From: Pirellulales bacterium
GTDB lineage: Bacteria > Planctomycetota > Planctomycetia > Pirellulales > UBA1268
Reading direction: 5' to 3'
Length of the DNA stretch: 62,491 bases
NCBI GenBank assembly: GCA_030577455.1
Contig: JALIAA010000204.1
Span: forward strand, 1 to 62,491
Part shown: in pieces, positions 9,454 to 18,449 of the stretch
Numbering within the stretch: position 1 is the stretch's first letter
How the letters are laid out: the number at the start of each line of letters is the position of its first letter
Made by a program: the position numbers and the translations under genes
Notes under the pieces: model-generated
Database searches by the model: none
What the model was told of the DNA's origin: nothing
The model's input: only the letters and a program-made list of their open reading frames with translations

Positions 9454-10797
9454 TCACTGCTTGACATTTGTTTTTTCGATACGGTACATCGCTTTTTCCG
9501 TGCGAACGTACAACGAATTCTCAATCGCTGCGGGACTCGCCATGACTGCTTCACCAAATTCATTTTTTGAGAGAATCTTCAATTCATCTCCGGGCTGGAT
9601 GACAAACATTTCTCCCTCTCGATTGCCTATGTAGATTTTCCCGTCAGCAAGAATCGGTGATGACGAAAAACTTCCACCAAGTCGATCGGTCCAACGAGCT
9701 TCTCCAGTATGTCGATCCAAGCACGTAGCAATACCCTTATCGCTGAAAAGATACACTGCATCACCTACGAGTAACGGCGAGGGCATGCGAGGGACGCTAC
9801 GTTTATAGTTCCAGATAATTTCTGGTGTTGAATCTGCTTCCGGACCAAGTTGCATTGCAAGTAATTCTGTTTTCATAAAGCTTGTACTGAAGTACACAAC
9901 TTCATCTGCAACCACAGGCCTTGGAACAATTGAAAAGCCGAGAAACCCATAGCTGACCTTCCACAGTTCTTTCCCTGTTTCTGGGTCGTATCCGTACAGC
10001 CAGTCTGCTCCAGGAGACAGCACCAGGTCGCGTCCGCCGACCGATGTGATCAGCGGTGTTCCGTAGGCCTTCTTCATCTCCGGATTATCATTCATTTTAC
10101 CACTACGATCAGTCCTCCAAACTTCTTCCCCCGTTTTCGTATCAAGTGCAACAATATATTGCACATCACTTCCATCACAGTGAAAAATCAGCAGGTCTTT
10201 CCAGAGAACGGGTGAACTCCCAGGGCCATTCTCATGATTCAAACGCTGACTTCGGTTATGCCAAACCAATGACGCGTTCTTCGTATCAACACACGCAGTT
10301 CCATAGTCACCGAACTGACAATACAAACGATCTGGGCCTAGCACTGGGGAAGGTGATGCAAAACTATTGAGCACATGTGTTGGCTGAGGATTATCTACTG
10401 AAAAAAGTTCTAGATCCTCAAGAATCTGGCCATCGCGGGCATCTAATGCCAGTGCTCGAAACGTCACTGACTTGGCAACACTCCGAGGCTGAGGTTTTTT
10501 GCCACCAGGTGGCGGCGGACCTTCCTGAGCACTTCCATGTTCAATAGCTGTTGTAAGCCACAGCGTTTCGCCATCTATCATTGCAGACGACCATGCCCGG
10601 CCCGGTATCTCTGTTCGCCATTGGATATTCTCACCGCCCAATACCTCTTTGCCTGCTGAACCAACTTTCCATTGGTCGGGCAAATCTCGAGCAGTAGGCG
10701 CATGGCCCTGCCCCTGAGGACCACGCCACTGCGGCCACTCAGCAGCGTCTGCTGAAATTACAAAAAAACATGGAACAAGGTATAGAAAACGAAACAT
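9454..10797 (-). CDS. PQQ-like (BamB-like) beta-propeller repeat protein, secreted
   Basis: Signal peptide MFRFLYLVPCFFVISADA, then WPQWRGPQGQG followed by repeated propeller blades (..G.VY.....G.l.cLD..TGe..W). GAGGGA RBS. Confidence 0.8.
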   Translation of the reverse strand: MFRFLYLVPCFFVISADAAEWPQWRGPQGQGHAPTARDLPDQWKVGSAGKEVLGGENIQWRTEIPGRAWSSAMIDGETLWLTTAIEHGSAQEGPPPPGGKKPQPRSVAKSVTFRALALDARDGQILEDLELFSVDNPQPTHVLNSFASPSPVLGPDRLYCQFGDYGTACVDTKNASLVWHNRSQRLNHENGPGSSPVLWKDLLIFHCDGSDVQYIVALDTKTGEEVWRTDRSGKMNDNPEMKKAYGTPLITSVGGRDLVLSPGADWLYGYDPETGKELWKVSYGFLGFSIVPRPVVADEVVYFSTSFMKTELLAMQLGPEADSTPEIIWNYKRSVPRMPSPLLVGDAVYLFSDKGIATCLDRHTGEARWTDRLGGSFSSSPILADGKIYIGNREGEMFVIQPGDELKILSKNEFGEAVMASPAAIENSLYVRTEKAMYRIEKTNVKQ

Positions 10798-10927
10798 TTC
10801 ATTCCCTCAACGGCAGATTTGGACTTTCTTGCGTTCTAGTATGTCAGATTGTCACTCGTTTGGTAATCTTATGAATCAATGGGGCTTGTGCAGCTTCGCC
10901 ACGCATTTTTGCACTTGGAGGTTTCCG

Positions 10928-11551
10928 ATGCTTATTCCTTTACTTGCTTATTCCGTTCCTTTACTTTTTTTACTTGGTGTACTTGGTGCACTGGTCCTGC
11001 TTGGGTTTTGGCTTGCTGGAATTTATAACCGGCTCGTCTCCTTACGTGCTCGCAACAAAAATGCGTTCGCCCAAATTGATGTTCAACTCAAACGTCGATA
11101 TGACTTAATTCCAAATCTTGTAGAAACTGCGAAAGGCTATATGTCCCACGAACGTGAGACACTTGAGGCTGTTATCAATGCTCGGAATCAAGCTGCGTCA
11201 GCAGCCGGCAAAGCAGCTACAAACCCTGGTGACCCAGCTGCAATGGGTGCACTTGGTGGTGCAGAAACCATGCTTACTCAGTCACTCGGTCGGCTTTTTG
11301 CACTGGCTGAAGCCTATCCAGACCTGAAGGCGAACCAGAACATGATCGCAATCCAGGAAGAATTGACCAGTACAGAAAATAAAGTAGCGTTCTCACGACA
11401 GGCATTCAATGATGCCGTGACCGCCTACAACATGTACCGAGAATCATTTCCTCCGGTACTTTTTGCCGGCACATTTGGCTTCCAACATGCATCGCTTCTC
11501 GAGTTTGATGACAAACAAGCAATTCAGGCCGCGCCTACAGTGTCGTTTTAA
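10928..11551 (+). CDS. LemA family protein
   Basis: One N-terminal TM segment, then YNRLVSLRARNKNAFAQIDVQLKRRYDLIPNLVETAKGYMSHERETLEAVINARN (LemA signature). I moved the start to ATG 10928, which has GGAGG upstream; the track start is 10829. Confidence 0.9.
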   Translation: MLIPLLAYSVPLLFLLGVLGALVLLGFWLAGIYNRLVSLRARNKNAFAQIDVQLKRRYDLIPNLVETAKGYMSHERETLEAVINARNQAASAAGKAATNPGDPAAMGALGGAETMLTQSLGRLFALAEAYPDLKANQNMIAIQEELTSTENKVAFSRQAFNDAVTAYNMYRESFPPVLFAGTFGFQHASLLEFDDKQAIQAAPTVSF

Positions 11552-11650
11552 TAAATTTGCAGCAATGAATCCTCTTGTCCACATTCGTACAAAGCTCCCT
11601 GCTCACGTGCGAGGGAACGACATCGCTCACCTCATGGAATGGAGTTTGCA

Positions 11651-13618
11651 ATGAACTTCTTTGAGCACCAGGATCGTGCTCGACGAAAAACGGGCATGCT
11701 GGTCTGGCTATTTGTCGTTGCAGTCGCCGGTCTGATCGCTGGCACCTACGTTCTTATCATGTCGCTCTATCTTGGTGGCCTTGAACAAGCCGCGCAGCAG
11801 CGAGAAGCACTGATTCATCAATTCGGCCCAGATACGTTCTGGAGACCGGACATTTTCATCGGAGTGGTTGTCGCTGTTCTCCTTGTTGTTGGTGGCGGAA
11901 GCCTTTTTAAGTCTGCACAACTCTCCGGAGGCGGAGAACCTCTTGCCCTATCTCTCGGCGGCCGCCGACTTTTAAATGATTCGGGCGACCCTGTTGAACG
12001 CAAAGTACTCAATGTGGTCGAAGAAATGGCGCTTGCCTCGGGCCTGCCTGTGCCACCAGTATTCATGATGGATCACGAACAAGGTATTAACGCATTTGCT
12101 GCTGGCTACCAGCCAGAAGATGCCGTTATAGGCGTGACCCGTGGCTGCGTCGAAAACCTCAGCCGAGATGAACTGCAGGGAGTGATTGCTCACGAATTCA
12201 GTCATATTCTCAACGGCGACATGCGATTGAATATCCGACTTATCGGAATCGTCCACGGCATCCTGCTTGTTGGTCTTATTGGCTACTACACTCTCCGTAT
12301 TGCTGCGGCATCGGGTGGCAGAAGAAGTAGTAATGACAAAGGTGGTGGCGGTGCCGTATTTCTCGGTCTTGGACTGGGGCTTATGGCAATCGGGTTTGTT
12401 GGAACTCTTATCGGCAACCTGATTAAGGCCGCAGTCAGTAGACAACGGGAATTTCTCGCTGATGCGTCAGCCGTGCAATTTACTCGTGACCCAAACGGCA
12501 TTGCAGGAGCGCTCAAAAAAATTGGGGGGTTAAACAGCGGATCGAAAGTAACTGTCGCCAAAGCAGCTGAAGCGTCTCATATGTTTTTTGCGACAGGTGT
12601 TGCTGAACTCTTTGCAACGCACCCTCCACTTGAGAAACGAATCGCACGCATTGACACGTTCTGGCAAGCCGAAATGGCGGCTGATAAGCGAGAAGGACAC
12701 GTACAAGAGACCGGTACAGCAGCTTTTTCCCCAGCAGGCGCTGTCGGATTTGCAGGATCAGCAGCAGGTACGATGCCTCCCCCCAGTAGCGCACCACCTC
12801 AGCAGGCACCACTCGCAGCGCCATCGCCGGAGCAGGCCGTCGAGTCAATCGGCAAACCAACATCGCAGCAAATCGCCCGGTCTCACGACCTTCTTGAGTC
12901 ATTACCCCAAGCACTTCGGGAAGCTGCCAGAGAACCGTACGGCGCTCGCGGTGTTATTTACGCATTGCTACTCGACGCAGACTTCACCAGTTGCCAGCGA
13001 CAGTTTGAACAACTTGCGGCTGAAGCAGATCCTGCCGTCTATCGTTCGACAAGCCAGCTCCATAAATTAACTAAGGCACTCCCTCGAGAATCTCGGCTGC
13101 CACTGGTTGACATCTGCCTTGGTCCGCTGAAAGATCTTTCACCGGAGCAATATGAGCGCTTCCGCGATAATATTCACGCCCTTGCTGCAGCAGACAATCG
13201 TCTGAGCCTCTTTGAGTGGACGCTCCAAAAAGTTGTTTTACATGTCCTCGATCCGCACTTTGGCAGAAAAAGAAAACGAAAAACTACTCGTCCCGCGCCC
13301 GAAGATGTTTCAACAGTCTTATCGGCGCTTGCTCATGCTGGAAGCCGTGAACAAGAAATGATTCAGAATGCATTTGAACGTGGCGTGGAAGCAACCGGTT
13401 TACCCCCGCTCAATCTTCAGCCGTGGGACCGAACAATCTTTCATCGACTCGATAAATCACTCGATGCCCTTGGGGGGCTGCCTGGCAAATCAAAAGCCAA
13501 ACTTATTCGGGGTCTGGCTGAAACGGCTTCTGCGGACGGCTTAATCACCTCACGAGAAATCAATCTTTTGAGAGCAATCGCCACAACACTTGACTGCCCA
13601 ATGCCGCTTATTGCGTGA
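11651..13618 (+). CDS. M48-family (HtpX-like) zinc metallopeptidase with long C-terminal TerB-like extension
   Basis: HEFSHILNGD (HExxH) after TM segments. The roughly 300-aa C-terminal region carries ADGLITSREINLLRAIATTL-type (TerB/DjlA-N-like) segments. Start MNFFEHQDRARRKT at ATG 11651 with GGAG upstream. Confidence 0.85.
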   Translation: MNFFEHQDRARRKTGMLVWLFVVAVAGLIAGTYVLIMSLYLGGLEQAAQQREALIHQFGPDTFWRPDIFIGVVVAVLLVVGGGSLFKSAQLSGGGEPLALSLGGRRLLNDSGDPVERKVLNVVEEMALASGLPVPPVFMMDHEQGINAFAAGYQPEDAVIGVTRGCVENLSRDELQGVIAHEFSHILNGDMRLNIRLIGIVHGILLVGLIGYYTLRIAAASGGRRSSNDKGGGGAVFLGLGLGLMAIGFVGTLIGNLIKAAVSRQREFLADASAVQFTRDPNGIAGALKKIGGLNSGSKVTVAKAAEASHMFFATGVAELFATHPPLEKRIARIDTFWQAEMAADKREGHVQETGTAAFSPAGAVGFAGSAAGTMPPPSSAPPQQAPLAAPSPEQAVESIGKPTSQQIARSHDLLESLPQALREAAREPYGARGVIYALLLDADFTSCQRQFEQLAAEADPAVYRSTSQLHKLTKALPRESRLPLVDICLGPLKDLSPEQYERFRDNIHALAAADNRLSLFEWTLQKVVLHVLDPHFGRKRKRKTTRPAPEDVSTVLSALAHAGSREQEMIQNAFERGVEATGLPPLNLQPWDRTIFHRLDKSLDALGGLPGKSKAKLIRGLAETASADGLITSREINLLRAIATTLDCPMPLIA

Positions 13619-13658
13619 TCAGACGACCGCTTTACAAAAAGTAGAGGTCCTTCAACGA

Positions 13659-15044
13659 CTACCCCATGTCGATTGCATATTCCTTGCGGTACGGACGCGA
13701 CAGCAGCGCATTGGCCTGGTCGTCACCCATAATCTGTTCAGACGTAGCGTCCCAAGCGAGATCGCGACCAAGCCGGGCGCTTATACCAGCGAGATGACAG
13801 ACATTCAGTGCCCGCATGTGTGAGTGAACGTCAGAGATTGGATCTTTTCGTGTTTTCACACAATTCAGGAAGGTGGCCCAGTGTGCCTTGCGACCATCGC
13901 CCTCCATAGGAAGACCTTTGTACACCTTAGAAATTGCATCCTCTGGAAGTGGATCATCCGCAAGTGCTTCGACTGGGGCCCCGACAAGTTTCCGGCGATT
14001 GACAAAAATACGCCCTTTGTCTCCTTCAATAAGGACCCCGTTATCTGTATCGTGCCGAATAACGAGTTCAACATCGTCAGGATATGTTGCCGTGAGGAGG
14101 AACGCGGTAGCTGTGTTGTAGCGGTCTCGTTCTACCGGCATACCATTTTTAAATGGAACCGGATGCGTCGCCTTCCCTCCAATACCTGTTGGACCACCGT
14201 GCTCACCCGCCTGCCCTGCCTGCTCAAGAGCCCAAACAGCAATATCGACATGATGTGCACCCCAATCAGTCAGCTTGCCGCCTGAAAACTCATACCACCA
14301 CCGAAACTCGTAATGGCAATTCGTGTTTGGGCGTGAACCTTTCTTCCCATTGGAGGGCTTTTTGTAGTAACGATAATCAACAGCAGGAACGGGACCCAAC
14401 CATCGATCCCAGTCTAATTCTGCTGGCGGCGACACCACAGGCAGCGGGTCACATGTCGGACCAGCCCCGATCGCAGCAGTCACCTTTTTAATTTTCCCGA
14501 CGCGGCCATCGGCAACCATTGCAACTGCTTTTACGAACAGATTGAACTGACTTCGTTGTTGTGTCCCAACTTGAACAACACGACCCGTTTCTTTCTGTAC
14601 TTTCCGAATGAGCTTTCCTTCGTCAATGGTGAGAGTGAGAGGCTTCTCACAGTAGACATCTTTCCCTGCAAGCATTGCTTCGATTAATGGTTTCGTATGC
14701 CAATGATCGGGCGTTGCGATATGAAGAACATCAACATCCTTTCGGTCAAGAATAGCTCGGTAGTCGGCATACTCTTTCGCCTTCCCATCACTCAGCGACT
14801 GATTTGCAGCAGTTGCACGACCTGCATCTGCATCTGCAATCGCAACGACGTCAATCCATTGAGATGCAGTACGAAGATTCCCTAGCCCCATACCACCGGC
14901 ACCAATGAGGCCGACGGCTACCCGGTCATTTTTGGACAGACTTTCATCCGCCAGTGTTTTTTTGTGCCATCCGAAATACGGCACCGACATGGCGGTCGCG
15001 AGAGTTGTTGTTTTGGTAAGAAACTGTCGTCGGGTTGTCGACAT
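13659..15044 (-). CDS. Gfo/Idh/MocA-family oxidoreductase with Tat signal
   Basis: MSTTRRQFLTKTTTLATAMS twin-arginine signal, Rossmann motif VAVGLIGAGGMGLGN, and VYCEKPLT (EKP motif). Confidence 0.85.
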   Translation of the reverse strand: MSTTRRQFLTKTTTLATAMSVPYFGWHKKTLADESLSKNDRVAVGLIGAGGMGLGNLRTASQWIDVVAIADADAGRATAANQSLSDGKAKEYADYRAILDRKDVDVLHIATPDHWHTKPLIEAMLAGKDVYCEKPLTLTIDEGKLIRKVQKETGRVVQVGTQQRSQFNLFVKAVAMVADGRVGKIKKVTAAIGAGPTCDPLPVVSPPAELDWDRWLGPVPAVDYRYYKKPSNGKKGSRPNTNCHYEFRWWYEFSGGKLTDWGAHHVDIAVWALEQAGQAGEHGGPTGIGGKATHPVPFKNGMPVERDRYNTATAFLLTATYPDDVELVIRHDTDNGVLIEGDKGRIFVNRRKLVGAPVEALADDPLPEDAISKVYKGLPMEGDGRKAHWATFLNCVKTRKDPISDVHSHMRALNVCHLAGISARLGRDLAWDATSEQIMGDDQANALLSRPYRKEYAIDMG

Positions 15045-15236
15045 AGGAAGCCCTTCTAAAAAATCACTGCGAAATTACGGTCGTATTAAAATAAGCTATG
15101 CAATCAGCCTGGCGGACAAAGTGTTCTTGTACATCGATACTGAAACTTTTTATACCCCAAGCTGAATGGACAGACGTTTAGTCGCTGACAGCACAATGTA
15201 GTATTATTTCATAACCTTACACGAATCGGTAAAAAT

Positions 15237-17063
15237 TTACCGAGAGGTGTTATCGTCGATGGAACGGTACACTTTTGCGACTCGCTCCTTGATTTCAGGG
15301 AGTGCCGCTTCCGCCGCTTCCCGGCCGAGATCCATCAATTCTTCCCCTGCGGCAAAGTCGTCAAAGGTGTGCGCTGATGTATCCGGTGTAATCACATAAT
15401 CACTACCGGATCGGTGAATCCCGGAAAGACTTCGAAGCGAAACATCGTTCACTCGAAGCAACGTCCGCAGATATCCCGGCGACGTCAACTTCTCTGGCTT
15501 GCGCGGATCACGGCAAAAGTCTGTCGACAGTTTTGTCGTCACATCAACAGCCAGAACAAAGTTCGAACCCTGTCGACGCAAGCAGTGTGATGGCACATTT
15601 GCTAAAACTCCTCCATCGACCAGCGCTTCATCACCCCGAAGTATTGGTTTACCAAAAATCGGGTGATTGATACTCTCCATAACACTCGACACAACATCGC
15701 CAGATCGCCGAATCCTTTCCTGCCCTGTTACAAGATCAACAGTGACAAGTGACGCTGGGAGTAACAATTCATTAAATTGTACATTCTGCAGATGCTCACG
15801 GAACTTTGGCTCAATCCACCCCATACGGAATTGCGACAGCAGAAACATCTCCCTGCTTTTTGGGAATTTTCTGAACCAACGCGGTGGTGTCATCTCTTTG
15901 AGCATTAACTGCAGCAGCACATCGGGCGACTTCCCCATTGCATACCCGGCAGACATGATGGCACCTGCACTTGTGCCTGCGACTGAATCGAAATAGATGC
16001 CTTCACGATTCAACACCTCAATAACACCGAGGTGCGCAACACCTTTGGCACCACCACCACCAAGGGCCAGACCAAAATGAAGGTCATCGACACAATGCAT
16101 GCACCGAATCACATCGTGCTTACGAAAGCTTGGCTCTCCCGAATCGTTATCCCATTGCACTCGCATATCACTACCCGGAAGTGGCAGATCATGTGAAGCA
16201 TGCCTCGGAAGCCGAGTTGACCGTTTATGGGTCCATACAACCTGCGAGTGACCAGCCAAACGATCCCGGTCACGCACAAACCCACCAAGCCTACTCTCAA
16301 CCAACCCCTGATCCTGATTGTCAAACAGCCAGAGGAGGTGTTCGCATTGGCTCAGTAAGGACGGTTCTGCCGTCGCCACATCACAATCAACAAGCACTCT
16401 GACCCCCTGCGTCACGGCGTCCGCAACACGCTCACGCAGTGGTTCAAGATCACTACCGTGAACCAATTCGGCAAGAATATCTTGGGCTGGCCACACCTGC
16501 GGCCGATCGGTCACCACCTTAACCGTCGCGCCCCGTTCCTTAAACGCCTTGACCATTTGTGGAGCAAGTGCAGCATGCTCTTTGCGTGTTCGTATCACTG
16601 CAAAAACGGCACGAATGACCTGACGCCGCGTGCCGAGTAACTCACCCCGTAACCACCGTCCCAAAGTCTTGCTTAGATTCACCGCGAACTGTGGAACCTG
16701 TTCTACTGCTTCAGCGAAATGATCATGATTCAATACCAGCAAATCAGTATCAACAACCGTCTTGATCGTCGCGTTCCTCGGCGAACCTATCAGCATGGAG
16801 AGCTCACCAAAGTGGGCCCCGCGGTCGAGTACATTCAGTAACGACTGTTCACCCGCATCGTCCTCGAGAAGCACTCGTACACGGCCGCTTGTAATGACAT
16901 ACATCGTCCCACCGGGATCACCTTGCCGAAAGAGCACCTCTCCACCCCGAACCTCCATCGGCGTGGCTTTTGAGAGAATTTTTCTAATGTCGAGGTCACT
17001 CAGACCATCAAAGGCCGGCGAGCCTTTCAAAAACTCAAATTCGCCCTGATCATGCTCGGCCAT
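15237..17063 (-). CDS. Cyclic-nucleotide-binding domain + patatin-like phospholipase (NTE-like architecture)
   Basis: N-terminal CAP_ED-type domain (...GDPGGTMYVITSGRVRV...FGELSML..SPRNATIKTV). Patatin motifs GLALGGGGAKG (oxyanion), AGTSAGA (G-x-S-x-G) and ALVDGGVLANVP (catalytic Asp). AAGGAAG RBS. Confidence 0.85.
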   Translation of the reverse strand: MAEHDQGEFEFLKGSPAFDGLSDLDIRKILSKATPMEVRGGEVLFRQGDPGGTMYVITSGRVRVLLEDDAGEQSLLNVLDRGAHFGELSMLIGSPRNATIKTVVDTDLLVLNHDHFAEAVEQVPQFAVNLSKTLGRWLRGELLGTRRQVIRAVFAVIRTRKEHAALAPQMVKAFKERGATVKVVTDRPQVWPAQDILAELVHGSDLEPLRERVADAVTQGVRVLVDCDVATAEPSLLSQCEHLLWLFDNQDQGLVESRLGGFVRDRDRLAGHSQVVWTHKRSTRLPRHASHDLPLPGSDMRVQWDNDSGEPSFRKHDVIRCMHCVDDLHFGLALGGGGAKGVAHLGVIEVLNREGIYFDSVAGTSAGAIMSAGYAMGKSPDVLLQLMLKEMTPPRWFRKFPKSREMFLLSQFRMGWIEPKFREHLQNVQFNELLLPASLVTVDLVTGQERIRRSGDVVSSVMESINHPIFGKPILRGDEALVDGGVLANVPSHCLRRQGSNFVLAVDVTTKLSTDFCRDPRKPEKLTSPGYLRTLLRVNDVSLRSLSGIHRSGSDYVITPDTSAHTFDDFAAGEELMDLGREAAEAALPEIKERVAKVYRSIDDNTSR

Positions 17064-17267
17064 ACTTCCTTGTCCTTGTCCTTGTCGTCTTCCTGGTAAA
17101 CGTCAGTTCCGCCCTTTGTCGCCTTCCTGGTGCGGCAGGTCAAATGGAATCAGGAAAAGACCGACTGCTAATACCAATTTGCCATTGACCCCACACAACG
17201 GAAAAAGGTACTTGCATCCTGTATTTTAGGAAAGAAGAACTCTGCCAAACGGGAGACGGACCTGATT

Positions 17268-17672
17268 ATGGCGTCCTCAAAAAAGATCCGCCGAAAAAGA
17301 AAACGCCCCGCTCCACTGATGCTTCGGTGGAAGCAATCATTGACAACTCATATTAAATCACTGGCGGAGAGTTCGTGGCTGAAATTCACAACCGGAATTG
17401 TTCTTTTGACAAGCGGTTTGGACGAAGCTATGGAAACTCTATTTGCAGACATCTCTGCTCTTGAACTCGGTGCGCACCATGGGGTAATGGTACTCGGTTT
17501 TGTAAACATTCTCTCATCACTCCCCGACATGCTGGATGGACTGACCGGAACATTCCTGTCTGACGATGAGGAAGAGGTCGAGCATGCCGAGGACGACTCT
17601 GGTGACTTCTCCCGCCAACAGGAAGGCAGCCCACCAGAACCTCCAGAGGTCGAGTTCAAAAAGGCTGCCTAG
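17268..17672 (+). CDS. Hypothetical small membrane protein (basic N-terminus, acidic C-terminus)
   Basis: No recognisable domain. It has KKIRRKRKR near the N-terminus, two hydrophobic segments, a DDEEEVEHAEDD tail, and a GGGAG-like RBS. Confidence 0.5.
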   Translation: MASSKKIRRKRKRPAPLMLRWKQSLTTHIKSLAESSWLKFTTGIVLLTSGLDEAMETLFADISALELGAHHGVMVLGFVNILSSLPDMLDGLTGTFLSDDEEEVEHAEDDSGDFSRQQEGSPPEPPEVEFKKAA

Positions 17673-17844
17673 CCAGAAACATTTTCTGCGGTCTGAACCG
17701 CTCCACCGTAACCTACACGTTGCCATGTTTTTCTATGGCCCGAAACTTTTGAGTGTAGTTCCTCGTTGAAGAAGTATCCGGGATTCAGTACCACGAATCC
17801 CCGCGAGGCGATACTGATCCTTTTCACACTGAGGAGCCCTAACA

Positions 17845-18345
17845 ATGACTTTCACTCGCCCACTCTGCATGCTTACATGCATAACACTGATTTCATGTGC
17901 TGCGACAACCTTTGCAGCACCATCAGAAAATAATGACCAAGCTGCCCGCAAAGCCGACATGCTGAAGAAATTCGACAAAGATGGTGATGGAAAACTAAGT
18001 GATGCAGAAAAGACAGCGTTACGAGCTGAAATGCAAAATCGTCAAGGAGGCAAAGACCGAAGGCAATGGACGCCGGAACAACGTGCTGACATGCTCAAGA
18101 AATTCGATAAAGATGGTGATGGAAAACTAAGTGATGCAGAAAAGACAACGCTACGAGCTGACATGCAGAAACGTCGAGGAGGCAGAGACAGAAGTCAACG
18201 GACACCGGAGCAGCGCGCAGAAACGCTCAAGAAATTTGATAAAGACGGAAATGGTGAACTGAGTGTTGACGAACGAAATGCAGCTCGTGAAGCAATGAAG
18301 GCATCACGCAGCGAGGGTGAAAAACGACAGGGAAAGAAGAATTAA
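17845..18345 (+). CDS. Secreted EF-hand calcium-binding protein, three 44-aa repeats
   Basis: Signal peptide. Three canonical EF loops: DKDGDGKLSDAE twice and DKDGNGELSVDE once. GAGGAG RBS. Confidence 0.85.
   Translation: MTFTRPLCMLTCITLISCAATTFAAPSENNDQAARKADMLKKFDKDGDGKLSDAEKTALRAEMQNRQGGKDRRQWTPEQRADMLKKFDKDGDGKLSDAEKTTLRADMQKRRGGRDRSQRTPEQRAETLKKFDKDGNGELSVDERNAAREAMKASRSEGEKRQGKKN
17956..18345 (+). repeat. Three tandem 132-nt (44-codon) coding repeats inside the EF-hand gene
   Basis: Units start at 17956, 18088 and 18220 (gacatgctSaagaaattcgaYaaagatggtgatgg...). Units 1 and 2 are nearly identical at the nucleotide level; unit 3 is more diverged. Confidence 0.9.
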
Positions 18346-18381
18346 TTCAACGGCAAGAATGCAACGTCGCCCATCAACAAG

Positions 18382-18416
18382 AAAGGCTGGGACTCATGAC
18401 GAGAGTTCCAGCCTTT
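18382..18416. terminator. Hairpin between convergent genes (possible bidirectional terminator)
   Basis: aaaggctgggact / agttccagccttt forms a 13-bp stem (one G-U) with a 9-nt loop. It lies between the stops at 18345 (+) and 18450 (-). The U-tract is weak. Confidence 0.5.
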
Positions 18417-18449
18417 CGTTTATCTACGGAAAATGTATCAGAGCTATTT

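Noticed and set aside
10898-10913. Sigma-54-like string GCCACG-CATTT-TTGCA upstream of lemA.
   Set aside because: The invariant -24 GG is replaced by GC. The GGAGG RBS and ATG follow too closely for a -12 element.
11972-12914. Antisense ORFs (11972..12445, 12286..12561, 12513..12914) inside the M48 peptidase gene.
   Set aside because: They are fully embedded in a strongly supported CDS, and their translations are Arg/Ser/Pro-rich, as is typical of antisense frames.
15237-17063. The patatin protein as a CBASS CapV-type defence effector.
   Set aside because: There is no CD-NTase/cyclase or other CBASS component in the neighbourhood. The sensor is a CAP-type cNMP domain, which fits a housekeeping NTE-like architecture rather than a phage-defence operon.
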